From Candidatus Coatesbacteria bacterium (lineage in GTDB: Bacteria; JAFGND01), in NCBI GenBank assembly GCA_016927185.1, contig JAFGND010000064.1, positions 1-59,964 on the forward strand: a stretch of 59,964 nucleotides of DNA. Reading direction: 5' to 3'. The translations under genes were made by a program, and so were the position numbers. Of the stretch, positions 9,077 through 18,258 are shown piece by piece. Every line of letters begins with the position of its first letter. The stretch's first letter is position 1. The notes beneath the pieces were generated by a model. That model did no database searches and had not been told where the DNA came from. It was given only the letters and a program-made list of their open reading frames with translations.

Positions 9077-9622
9077 TTGAAGAGCTATTTCTTGGTTTTT
9101 CTTGTTCTGGTATTGTCAGGTTGTGGTACAATTAAACCTCAGCAACCAGTTATCAAATCACTGAAGGGATTATCTTTTGAGAAAATAGATGGCGAAGTTA
9201 TAAAATTAAACGCAACATGGGAAGTCTACAATCCCAATTCGTTTGCAATATCAATTCCCAGGATCAATTATAAAGTCCTGCTTGAAAATAAGGAAATTGG
9301 CGAGGGAGAGAAAACAAGCAGTTTCATTCTTGATGCTAAAAAGAAAACCGATATATCTACCCCATTAGATGTAAGTATTATAAAACTTCTGAAACTGATA
9401 CCCGATCTAATAAAAAAAGAGAAATTGAATTATCAATTATTAGGGAATGCGATTTTCGAAATTAAAGAAATAAAAATAGAAGTTCCATTCGAGAATAAAG
9501 GTATAATTGATTTAAAGCCAGCTCATGAATGGGTTAAAAAATACAAGGAGAAAATTATTCCAAAGGAAATGAAGGATATAGGAAAGGATGTGATAAAAAA
9601 AGGCAAAGAACTATTCAAATAG
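9077..9622 (+). CDS. LEA type 2 / WHy-domain lipoprotein
   Basis: Lipobox LSGC and the VYNPNSFAI (NPN) motif. Confidence 0.85.
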   Translation: MKSYFLVFLVLVLSGCGTIKPQQPVIKSLKGLSFEKIDGEVIKLNATWEVYNPNSFAISIPRINYKVLLENKEIGEGEKTSSFILDAKKKTDISTPLDVSIIKLLKLIPDLIKKEKLNYQLLGNAIFEIKEIKIEVPFENKGIIDLKPAHEWVKKYKEKIIPKEMKDIGKDVIKKGKELFK

Positions 9623-9709
9623 TTTGAACACATAATATGGGGAATATGGAAATGTTAATGATTAGATTGAAATTCAAGAAGCAATTGGCAAATGATTGTA
9701 TGATTTCTC

Positions 9710-9738
9710 TTGACAAGATTTATATATAATTATACAAA
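9710..9738 (+). promoter_or_regulatory. Putative sigma-70 promoter for the lipoprotein pair
   Basis: TTGACA (9710-9715), 17 nt, TACAAA (9733-9738). A strong SD TAAGGAGG lies downstream. Confidence 0.45.
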
Positions 9739-9790
9739 GGCGAGCAATTAGTAGAAAAATAGGTAGTTAAATAAGTTTAAGGAGGTAGAC

Positions 9791-10039
9791 ATGAAGCAGT
9801 GGCTAGTAATTGGGTTATTGGTATGTTTAGCAGCAATGTTCTCATTAGGTTGTGGTGAAGAGCAGAAACAACCAGACAAAAAAGAAGTAATCCCATCAAA
9901 AGAGGATTTGAAGAAAGCCATTAGGCCAGAAGAAAAGAAGGAAGAAATCAAGAGCGAAGAAAAGAAGGAAGAAACTAAGGGTGACGAGGGAAAGAAAGAG
10001 GAAGGCAAGAAGGAAGAGAAAAAAGAAGGACCAAAGTAG
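9791..10039 (+). CDS. Small Lys/Glu-rich low-complexity lipoprotein
   Basis: SD AAGGAGG, lipobox SLGC, mature part mostly K/E/G/P. Confidence 0.8.
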   Translation: MKQWLVIGLLVCLAAMFSLGCGEEQKQPDKKEVIPSKEDLKKAIRPEEKKEEIKSEEKKEETKGDEGKKEEGKKEEKKEGPK

Positions 10040-10142
10040 AGAATAAGAAGAGGGGAACTCACAAATTCTCTATGGAAAACCATCCAAACTGGTTTATACC
10101 AAATCATTATTTAGTCAAAGCAAACTAAATTAGGAGGTTAAG

Positions 10143-10727
10143 ATGAAGCGTTGGCTAGTTGTAGGGTTGATAATTTGCATAGGAATGTTCTTTGCATTTG
10201 GTTGCGGTGGAGAGCAACCACAACCCAAGAAAGATGAAAAGATAGAGGTTCCAAAGGATAAAGAAGATGATGTGAAGAAGGAAGATCTTGAAAAGAAAGA
10301 CGAACCGGAACCCAAGAAGGAAGAACCTAAAAAGATAGGTGATTTTACAGCTAAAGATGTTCCAGAAGAAGTTCAAAAAGGATATGAAACAAATCTGGAG
10401 AAAACAGCTGATGCATTACAGAAAATCTTCACTGATTCCGCAGCAAAGAATAAAAACTTGAAACCAGTAAAAGTTATGTTTACAATGACTGTTGACAAAA
10501 CAGGCAAAGTAAAGGTTACAAAAACTGATTGCAAAGACAAAGCTTTGGACGGAGCTCTCAGGAAGGAATTGGAAGGCTTGAAGGATCTTCCAAAAGCACA
10601 AGACAAACCTGTTGAAATCACATTCAGCATTGAGTTAGGCAAAGCTGCTGGTGAACCTGGCGAACCAAAAGATAAACCAGAACCCAAGAAAGGCGAACCA
10701 AAGAAAGCTGAACCAATTAAGAAGTAA
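10143..10727 (+). CDS. Lipoprotein with Lys/Glu/Pro-rich linkers and a TonB-C-like domain
   Basis: SD AGGAGG, lipobox AFGC, EPK repeats. VMFTMTVDKTGKVKV...LPKAQDKPVEITFSIEL resembles TonB-C/AgmX-type domains. Confidence 0.7.
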   Translation: MKRWLVVGLIICIGMFFAFGCGGEQPQPKKDEKIEVPKDKEDDVKKEDLEKKDEPEPKKEEPKKIGDFTAKDVPEEVQKGYETNLEKTADALQKIFTDSAAKNKNLKPVKVMFTMTVDKTGKVKVTKTDCKDKALDGALRKELEGLKDLPKAQDKPVEITFSIELGKAAGEPGEPKDKPEPKKGEPKKAEPIKK

Positions 10728-10743
10728 ATTTAATTTAATAAGC

Positions 10744-10775
10744 AAAAAACCCGAAGATCATCTTCGGGTTTTTTT
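10744..10775. terminator. Bidirectional rho-independent terminator
   Basis: AAAAAACCCGAAGA-tca-TCTTCGGGTTTTTTT between convergent genes. Confidence 0.9.
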
Positions 10776-11478
10776 ATTGCCCAACCATGAAAATCGCTGT
10801 GACAGTTAATTGATAAACTACTCTTGGTTTAGACATTGTAGCGTTTCCAAATCCTCCTCTTGATTCTTCACTGTAAGATACATTTGATTGAGCTACAGGC
10901 TGATTATATCCTCTATATGTATCATATGGACTATATTCGCTGAATCTAAGAATTTGAAGGTTTTTAGCTCCCAGCTGTTGTGCAACTATATCAGCTTTTG
11001 TTTGCGCAGCAATAATTGCCTGCTTGAATGCAAGCATCTTAATCTTGCTCATGTCTTCCACTTCATAATTGATATAAGGAGAGACTGAAATTCCCTCTTT
11101 AAGTAATGCTGAAACTAATGCGGGAATCGAATTTATTCGCTTGACTTTCACGCTTCCTGATTTAGATAAATTGACTTTGTCTGAAGTGAGAAGCGTTCCT
11201 GGCTTCAGGTTTATATACAAGTAGTTGAATTGGAAATCACTTGCTTCCAGACCAAATCTTTTTCCAATTTCTATTGCTTTGTTTTCAAGAGAAGCGAATT
11301 TTAACTGGGCTTCCTCTAATTTGCTTTCTACAACTAAAGTGAAACTTACTCTTCCAAATTCAGCTGGCAGATCTACTTTCCCTGTTCCTGTTACTGTAAT
11401 ATTCCTGCTTGATAATGCCAGGTCAGGTCCCTGATCTGCAAAAAGCAAGACAAACATCATTAAGTAGCACGAAAACAT
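10774..11478 (-). CDS. SIMPL (DUF541) domain periplasmic protein
   Basis: Signal peptide, ITVTGTGKV motif, AIIAAQTKADIVAQQLG, terminal VTAIF strand. SD AGGAGG lies upstream. Confidence 0.85.
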   Translation of the reverse strand: MFSCYLMMFVLLFADQGPDLALSSRNITVTGTGKVDLPAEFGRVSFTLVVESKLEEAQLKFASLENKAIEIGKRFGLEASDFQFNYLYINLKPGTLLTSDKVNLSKSGSVKVKRINSIPALVSALLKEGISVSPYINYEVEDMSKIKMLAFKQAIIAAQTKADIVAQQLGAKNLQILRFSEYSPYDTYRGYNQPVAQSNVSYSEESRGGFGNATMSKPRVVYQLTVTAIFMVGQ

Positions 11479-11613
11479 AATACCTCCTTATTATTATCAC
11501 TAAATCAGTGGATAAACTGGAAAAACCTAGAAAATTGTCAAAGGTATTGTGTTTTAATGATTGACAAAAAAGACATATATAAAATTCTAAATCAAAACAA
11601 CAAGAGAGGTAAT

Positions 11614-11781
11614 ATGCTATCAGAAAAGCTGTTGGCAATACTAGCATGCCCAAAATGCAAAGGTGGACTAGATTATAAGCCAGATCTTAATCAGCTGATT
11701 TGCAATAATTGCAGATTGATATACAAGATTGAAGATGATATTCCAAATATGATTATTGAAGAAGCTGAACCTTTGAAATAG
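11614..11781 (+). CDS. Trm112/YcaR family protein
   Basis: LLAILACPKCKGGL...LICNNCRLIYKIEDDIPNMIIEEA. Start moved to ATG 11614, which follows GAGG. Confidence 0.9.
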   Translation: MLSEKLLAILACPKCKGGLDYKPDLNQLICNNCRLIYKIEDDIPNMIIEEAEPLK

Positions 11782-11785
11782 AATT

Positions 11786-11941
11786 TTGATAGAAACAGAA
11801 AAAAGAAATGGATTAGTTTTTTTAATATGCTTGATTGTAATTGCATTAGTGCTTATTATAAATCAATATTTTCCATTAGCATTAAAAAAAGAGAATTCTG
11901 AGTCTCCGAATTCAATTGAAAACAAAACTGGAGAAATATGA
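11786..11941 (+). CDS. Small single-TM protein (51 aa, below the ORF-track cutoff)
   Basis: TTG 11786 to TGA 11941 gives MIETEKRNGLVFLICLIVIALVLIINQYFPLALKKENSESPNSIENKTGEI. It fills the gap and overlaps the purB start as ATGA. Confidence 0.55.
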   Translation: MIETEKRNGLVFLICLIVIALVLIINQYFPLALKKENSESPNSIENKTGEI

Positions 11942-13233
11942 TCCCAAGATACACATTAAGTCCTTTTGACACAATATGGACGGAACAATACAAATTCAGC
12001 AAATGGCTGGAAGTTGAAATTGCAGTTGCAGAAGCTCAGGAAGAACTTGGAATAATTCCTGAAGGTTTTTCAAAACTTCTAAGAGAAAAAGGAAGTTTTG
12101 ATATCAAGAGAATACTTGAAATAGAAGGCAAGACAAAGCATGATGTGATAGCTTTCCTTACTTGCATAAGGGAGAACCTTAATGATCCAGCTCCTTATCT
12201 TCATTATGGTCTTACCAGCTCGGATATACTTGATACAAGCCTTGCTCTTATATTAAGAGATTCTATAAGTGCTATAGAGAAAGAAATTATTGAGTTAAGC
12301 GAGGTAATAAAAGAGAAGATATTGCAATATAAAGATACATTGATGATGGGAAGAACACATGGAGTGCATGCAGAACCAATGACTGTAGGACACAAATTTG
12401 CAATATGGTTTGATGAGATAAACAGACATAAGAAAAGACTGGAAGAAATTAAATATAGAATTCTAATAGGGAAACTTTCAGGAGCAGTAGGTAATTTTGT
12501 ACATAATCCTCCTGAAGTAGAGGAAATTGCATTAAGAAAATTAAATCTTGGTTATGAGCCTGCAGCAAGTCAAGTGGTGCATAGAGACAGGCATGCTGAA
12601 TTTATATGTTTTTTGGCCTTGTTATCTGGAAGCCTGGATAAATTCATGACTGAAATAAGACATTTGCACAGGACTGAGGTGCAGGAAATGGAGCAGTTTT
12701 TTTCTGTTGGACAAAAAGGTTCTTCTGCAATGCCTCATAAAAGGAATCCCCAGGTTTGTGAGCAGATTTCTGGATTAGCCAGGATAATAAAATCTAGCGT
12801 TTCTTCAGCCCTTGATAACATAAGCCTATGGCATGAAAGAGATATTTCTCATTCAAGTGTTGAAAGAATTATATTGCCTGACTGTACTACTTTGGCACAC
12901 TATTTGCTAGTAAAAACAATAGACATCACAAGGAATTTGTTGATTCACCCGGAGAAAATGGAGAGGAATATTGGATTATCAAATGGTATATTTTTTTCTC
13001 AAAAACTGCTTCTGGCATTAGTAAGAAAGAGTATCTCAAGAACTGAAGCTTATGATATGGTTCAGAAAGTAAGTATGAGAGTGCAAACAGAAAACAGGGA
13101 TTTCAGAAAAATTGCAGAGGATGAAAAAAGCATCAGACTTCTTTTTAATGATGAAGAATGGGCTGAGATTTTTAATATGGAATCCTACAGTATGCATACA
13201 GATAATATTTTAAAAAGGATAGGTTTGAAATGA
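11938..13233 (+). CDS. purB: Adenylosuccinate lyase
   Basis: MIPRY start, TKHDV, GRTHGVHAEP, GSSAMPHKRNP, WHERDISHSSVER. Confidence 0.98.
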   Translation: MIPRYTLSPFDTIWTEQYKFSKWLEVEIAVAEAQEELGIIPEGFSKLLREKGSFDIKRILEIEGKTKHDVIAFLTCIRENLNDPAPYLHYGLTSSDILDTSLALILRDSISAIEKEIIELSEVIKEKILQYKDTLMMGRTHGVHAEPMTVGHKFAIWFDEINRHKKRLEEIKYRILIGKLSGAVGNFVHNPPEVEEIALRKLNLGYEPAASQVVHRDRHAEFICFLALLSGSLDKFMTEIRHLHRTEVQEMEQFFSVGQKGSSAMPHKRNPQVCEQISGLARIIKSSVSSALDNISLWHERDISHSSVERIILPDCTTLAHYLLVKTIDITRNLLIHPEKMERNIGLSNGIFFSQKLLLALVRKSISRTEAYDMVQKVSMRVQTENRDFRKIAEDEKSIRLLFNDEEWAEIFNMESYSMHTDNILKRIGLK

Positions 13234-13931
13234 AACTATATGAAGGCAAAGCAAAAATTTTAGAAACTACTGATAATAAAGATGTTTTAATCCAGTTATT
13301 CAAGGATGATTTAACCGCATTTAATGCTGAGAAAAAGGATAACAGGGAAGGAAAAGGAGCTTTAAATAATCAGACTTCATCTATTCTATTTGAATACCTT
13401 CAGAAAGAAGGTATAAAAACTCATTTTATAAAAGTGATTGATAATACAAAAATGATGGTTCAGAAGGTAAGCATATTCAAGATAGAAGTAGTTTTAAGGA
13501 ATGTCGCTGCAGGAAGTATTGTTAAGCGAATTGGAATACAAAATGGGACTACAATCAATCCTGCTATACTTGAATTTTATTATAAGGATGATGCTTTGGG
13601 AGATCCTCTTATCAATCAAGATCATATAAGATTTCTTAACCTTGCAAAGAGTGAAGAACTTGAAGAAATCTCTGTTATTGCATTAAAAGTAAATGATTTA
13701 CTAAAGAGTTTTTTCATCAAAAGAGATTTAATACTTGTTGATTTGAAACTTGAGTTTGGGAGGAATACCAGGGGAGAAATATTACTAGCAGATGAAATAT
13801 CTGCTGACACTTGCAGACTCTGGGATGCTAAAACAAGAGAGTCTCTGGACAAGGATATTTTCAGGGAAGACAAAGGTGATGTTTTAACAGGATACAGGGA
13901 AGTACTTAAACGTTTAAAAACAAAGAGGTAA
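13230..13931 (+). CDS. purC: Phosphoribosylaminoimidazole-succinocarboxamide synthase
   Basis: LYEGKAK, FKDDLTAFNA, YKDDALGDP, LVDLKLEFG, LADEISADTCRLWD, LDKDIFR. Confidence 0.98.
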   Translation: MKLYEGKAKILETTDNKDVLIQLFKDDLTAFNAEKKDNREGKGALNNQTSSILFEYLQKEGIKTHFIKVIDNTKMMVQKVSIFKIEVVLRNVAAGSIVKRIGIQNGTTINPAILEFYYKDDALGDPLINQDHIRFLNLAKSEELEEISVIALKVNDLLKSFFIKRDLILVDLKLEFGRNTRGEILLADEISADTCRLWDAKTRESLDKDIFREDKGDVLTGYREVLKRLKTKR

Positions 13932-13935
13932 AATC

Positions 13936-15144
13936 ATGGAAATAATTGCAATTCCATTAGCCGTAATATTTGCTATTGTAGCAGTAATCTTTTATTTTAA
14001 AGCTTCTTCAGCTAAAAAAGAGAAAGATGATTTGTCATCAAAATTAAATGAAGTTAATTTTGAGTTTAACAGATTGAAGGGAGAGCATAAGCATCTTGAT
14101 GAAATTTATGGAAAAGCAGAAGAAGCTCAGAAAGTATTGGATGATATACTATCAAGTTTTCCAGAAAGCTGTAAAAGATTAATAGAGGAGCAATCAAATT
14201 CTGAAAAAAGTGAAGTCCTGATAAGCCTTCTGAGAAGGCTTTTTGATGCCCCGAATGAAATAAAGATTTATATTGCAGACAGACAAGCTGAAAAACTTGC
14301 ATTGATAAAAACATCAAATGCTGATGAAAAACTAGATCAAATCTATGATGTAGAAAAAGGTTATATAGGATGGGCTATTCGCAAGAGAAATCCAGTATCA
14401 GATAGTGATCTGGAGAACGAAAGTAATCTAGTAAGACAGGAACTTGAAAAAGCTGACGATAAGCAATTCGCTTATGGAGTTTCACTGAGGTATGAAGATA
14501 GATTGCTTGGACTGCTTACAATAGGCATGGTACGAAAGAGAAGACCCTATGACAAAAAGATATTAGGATTAATAGCCAGGATAACATCTGTGGCTCTCAT
14601 AAACACAGAACTTATAAAACAAATCAAAAATCCGAATGATATTGATGAGGTAACTAAATTGTACAATGAAGGTTACCTTATGAGGAGAATAGAAGACGAA
14701 ATAAACAGGTGTCAGAGATTTAAAACAAAATTTTCAATACTCGCTTTTGAAATAGATGATTTTGAAGATTATTCCAGCAAATTTGGAGAAAATGCTGCAA
14801 CTCAGTTGCTAAAGAACTTTGCCAGCCTTTTCCCGTCTTTTTTCAGGACAACTGATATAATTGCATCTGTTAAAAGGAATTTATTCGTCATACTACTGAC
14901 AGGAACAACTGAACAGGATGTTGCAAAATTCAGGGATAACTTAAGAACAACAATAAAGGAATTTCCATACCCACATCAATATGAATGGAAGAAAGACTTA
15001 AGTATATCGGGTGGTGTTACTGAGTATCCCAAAGATGGTGAAGGTGTCCAGATGCTTGTAGAAGCAGCAGAAGAGTTGGTTTTAAGTGCAAGATTTAAAG
15101 GCAAGGACAGGGTATTATTTGTAGAAGAGGCAAACCAGCTTTAA
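13936..15144 (+). CDS. Membrane-anchored GAF plus degenerate GGDEF protein
   Basis: N-terminal TM and coiled coil, GAF-like middle, GGDEF fold (DEVTKLYN, EIDDF, SISGGV..YPKDG). The active site reads KRNLF and the RxxD I-site (RTTD) is kept. Confidence 0.85.
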   Translation: MEIIAIPLAVIFAIVAVIFYFKASSAKKEKDDLSSKLNEVNFEFNRLKGEHKHLDEIYGKAEEAQKVLDDILSSFPESCKRLIEEQSNSEKSEVLISLLRRLFDAPNEIKIYIADRQAEKLALIKTSNADEKLDQIYDVEKGYIGWAIRKRNPVSDSDLENESNLVRQELEKADDKQFAYGVSLRYEDRLLGLLTIGMVRKRRPYDKKILGLIARITSVALINTELIKQIKNPNDIDEVTKLYNEGYLMRRIEDEINRCQRFKTKFSILAFEIDDFEDYSSKFGENAATQLLKNFASLFPSFFRTTDIIASVKRNLFVILLTGTTEQDVAKFRDNLRTTIKEFPYPHQYEWKKDLSISGGVTEYPKDGEGVQMLVEAAEELVLSARFKGKDRVLFVEEANQL

Positions 15145-15146
15145 TT

Positions 15147-17447
15147 ATGGAAGAAGCTAAAAGCATCCTTTTGAAACTAAAGAAAGAAACAAACTGCTCT
15201 CTTTCAATAGAGGAGCTAGAGATACTGTCAAATAAACTTGGGAGAGCTCCTTCAAAACTAGAAATATATGTTTTCGATACGGTTTGGAGCGAGCATTGTT
15301 CTTACAAATCCAGCAGGATATTCTTAAAAATATTTTCCAATCATAAAAATCCTGATGTCTGGGTAGGAATAGGAGAAGATGCAGGAATAATCAAATTGGG
15401 AGTAGTAAACAACAAAGAATGGGGATTGGTGGTAGGGCATGAAAGCCATAACCATCCTTCTCAGGTTGTTCCTTATGAAGGAGCAGCAACAGGAATTGGC
15501 GGGATTGTAAGGGATGTTTATTGCATGGGTGCTGATGTAATAGGAGTTTTAGACTCTTTAAGATTCGGTGATATAAGTGAACAGTCTCTTGAAATAATTA
15601 ATGGTGTTGTTGATGGAATTGCAGGATATGCTAATCCATTAGGAATCGCTAATCTGGGAGGAGACACCTTTCTCCATCCTGACTACAATGATAATTGTCT
15701 TGTAAATGTAGTAGCATTGGGAATAGTTGAGAAAGACAGAATAATACATTCATATGTTCCTAAGGAGTCAACAGTTGAACCTTATGTTTTGATTTTAGTT
15801 GGAAAAGCTACTGATTCCTCTGGATTTGGAGGGGCTTCTTTTGCATCAGTAGTTCTGGATAATGAAGAAGCACAAAAAGGTGCTGTTCAGGTTCCAGATC
15901 CATTTCTAAAGAGAATATTAACTATAGCTAATAGAGCGTGTTTTGATTTAATATTCATTGAAAAAATAAACGCAGGTTTCAAGGATTTAGGAGCAGGAGG
16001 TATATTAGGGGCAAGTTCAGAGATCTGTGGAAAGGGGGGCAAGGGAGCTGATATTTATTTGGATAATATAGAATTAGCAGAAAAAAACCTTCCTCCTGAA
16101 GTGATTCTGACAGCTGAAACACAAGAAAGATATATATGGGCTGTTCCTGAAAGACACGCCCAAAAACTCCTCAATATATATAACAAGGATTATGAGCTTG
16201 GAAGAATGTATGAAGGAGCTTGTGCCAGGACAATAGGAAAAGTAAGAAATGATGACAAATACATAGTAATCCATGAAGGGAAAGAAGTACTCAATCTGCC
16301 TGTTTCAATTCTCACTGAAGGGATAACTCTCAACAGACAAGTAACATCGAGAAGAGAAAAAGTCTGCAAGCCCAAAAGAAAACAGCTTGATATTGCAAAA
16401 GCACTGGAAATGATACTTAACTCACCAAATATTGAAAGCAAGAGGGTATTATTTGAAGGATATGATCAGGAAGTTGGAGGCAGGGCTGTTCTTCGTCCTG
16501 GAGAAGCGGATGCTGGCGTCATAAGACCATTTCCAGATAGCAGGATTGGAATAGCTGTTGCAATAGACGGAAACCCTTTTTATGGCATAGAGAATCCGTA
16601 TTTAGCTGGAGCTTTAGCTGCCCTTGAATCTATTCATAATGTTGCTGCAACTGGAGCATTACCAATAGCTATAACAGACTGCCTTAATTTCGGAAATCCT
16701 GAAGATCCAGTTGTTTTATATGATTTTTCGGAAAGTATTCGTGGAATAAAGGATACCTGTGAAGAGATTGGCTATAAATTCAATAAACATGTTCCTCTTC
16801 CTGTGATTTCAGGAAATGTAAGTTTTTATAATCAGAGCAAGCAAGGGAATTCAATACCTCCTTCTCCAATTGTTGCTTGTTACGGCATTTTGGATGATTT
16901 TAATAATGCTGTTAGTATGGGATTTAAGAATCCAGAAAGTTCAATAATTCTTATTGGAGAGAGATATGAAGAACTGGGGGGTTCAATCTTCAGGGAGCTA
17001 TATTATGGTTGCAGCTGGGGTGAAATACCAATTCCAAGATGGAGGCAAGAAAGAAAAATTTTATGCAATTTGCATAAATTTATCAAGAAGAAGCAAATTC
17101 TTTCTGCCCATGACATCTCAAAAGGAGGTCTTCTTTTAGCTGCTTTAGAAATGGCTTTTACAGGTAAATTAGGACTGGAAATAGATACCAGCAAGATTAA
17201 AAGTGAAATGGGTTTGGATGTTATATTGTTTTCTGAATCTTCTGGATTTCTTCTTGAGGTTGATAAAAGAAATACTTCTTCGATAATCAATTCATTTGAA
17301 GAACTGGATATTTTTGCAGGAGTTATTGGGAAAGTAATTGATGAAGAGAGATTATTATTATATAATAATGAGCAAGTTCTTCTTGATACTAAATTGAAAC
17401 AAAAGAGAATTAATTGGGAAAAAGGCTGGAAAAAATATATATGTTGA
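15147..17447 (+). CDS. purL: Phosphoribosylformylglycinamidine synthase subunit PurL (small type)
   Basis: WSEHCSYKSS, ESHNHPS, GAATGIGGIVRD, DLGAGG, ETQER, TDCLNFGNPE, SGNVSFYN, HDISKGG. Confidence 0.98.
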   Translation: MEEAKSILLKLKKETNCSLSIEELEILSNKLGRAPSKLEIYVFDTVWSEHCSYKSSRIFLKIFSNHKNPDVWVGIGEDAGIIKLGVVNNKEWGLVVGHESHNHPSQVVPYEGAATGIGGIVRDVYCMGADVIGVLDSLRFGDISEQSLEIINGVVDGIAGYANPLGIANLGGDTFLHPDYNDNCLVNVVALGIVEKDRIIHSYVPKESTVEPYVLILVGKATDSSGFGGASFASVVLDNEEAQKGAVQVPDPFLKRILTIANRACFDLIFIEKINAGFKDLGAGGILGASSEICGKGGKGADIYLDNIELAEKNLPPEVILTAETQERYIWAVPERHAQKLLNIYNKDYELGRMYEGACARTIGKVRNDDKYIVIHEGKEVLNLPVSILTEGITLNRQVTSRREKVCKPKRKQLDIAKALEMILNSPNIESKRVLFEGYDQEVGGRAVLRPGEADAGVIRPFPDSRIGIAVAIDGNPFYGIENPYLAGALAALESIHNVAATGALPIAITDCLNFGNPEDPVVLYDFSESIRGIKDTCEEIGYKFNKHVPLPVISGNVSFYNQSKQGNSIPPSPIVACYGILDDFNNAVSMGFKNPESSIILIGERYEELGGSIFRELYYGCSWGEIPIPRWRQERKILCNLHKFIKKKQILSAHDISKGGLLLAALEMAFTGKLGLEIDTSKIKSEMGLDVILFSESSGFLLEVDKRNTSSIINSFEELDIFAGVIGKVIDEERLLLYNNEQVLLDTKLKQKRINWEKGWKKYIC

Positions 17448-18244
17448 ATAAACTTCCTGTTTTCGTGGTGATATTTCCTGGGACAAATTGTGAAATAGAG
17501 ACAGCATTGGCAGTAGAAGCTGTCGGGTTGGAAGCAAGATTATTTAGATGGAATGAAAATCCAAAACAACTCAAAAAAGCTGGAGGGATAATCTTGCCTG
17601 GAGGTTTTTCATATCAAGACAGGATAAGAGCTGGGGCTGTAGCAGCAAAAGAGGAGATAATGGAAAGTGTCTCCAGACTTTCTGAAAAGGGAGTTCCTGT
17701 GCTTGGGATTTGTAATGGAGCTCAAATATTACTGGAAACTGGACTCGTTCCCGGACTAAAACCTGGAAAAATAGATCTTGCTCTTGGAAGAAACAAAATG
17801 GCTGGAAGAAGCAGATATATTTGTAGATGGATATTCATGAAAGTAAATCACAAGAACAAAAGCCCATTCTTGAATAATATCAAGAGAAGTGATTATTTTC
17901 CATTGCCAATAGCACATGCTGAAGGCAAGTTTACAGGTAAAAACAAGAAGACACTTAAGGAGATAAAGGATAAAGAGTTGATAGCCTTTAGATATGGATC
18001 TAATGATGTTAATGAAGAAGATAACAATCCAAATGGATCATGGGAAAACTGTTCAGGTTTGACAAACAAGAATGGAAATATACTGGCAATGATGCCTCAT
18101 CCTGAAAGAGCAATATGGTTTTATCAGATACCATTAAATATAACAAGAATAATGAAAAATGAGAGCAAGGATATTAGAAAAGAGGATTTATCATTATTAC
18201 CAGGTCCTGGATTTAATATCATGTCAGGTTTCAAGAATTTTTAA
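17441..18244 (+). CDS. purQ: Phosphoribosylformylglycinamidine synthase subunit PurQ (glutaminase)
   Basis: FPGTNCE, LPGGFSYQD, GICNG, PIAHAEG, NPNGS, MMPHPER. ATG 17441 is the likelier start. Confidence 0.97.
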   Translation: MLNKLPVFVVIFPGTNCEIETALAVEAVGLEARLFRWNENPKQLKKAGGIILPGGFSYQDRIRAGAVAAKEEIMESVSRLSEKGVPVLGICNGAQILLETGLVPGLKPGKIDLALGRNKMAGRSRYICRWIFMKVNHKNKSPFLNNIKRSDYFPLPIAHAEGKFTGKNKKTLKEIKDKELIAFRYGSNDVNEEDNNPNGSWENCSGLTNKNGNILAMMPHPERAIWFYQIPLNITRIMKNESKDIRKEDLSLLPGPGFNIMSGFKNF

Positions 18245-18258
18245 CAGGAGTTCTTTAG

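Noticed and set aside
9684-9700. TTGGCAAATGATTGTA as a sigma-54 promoter
   Set aside because: The GG to -12 spacing is 9 nt rather than 10, and the -12 dinucleotide is GT rather than GC.
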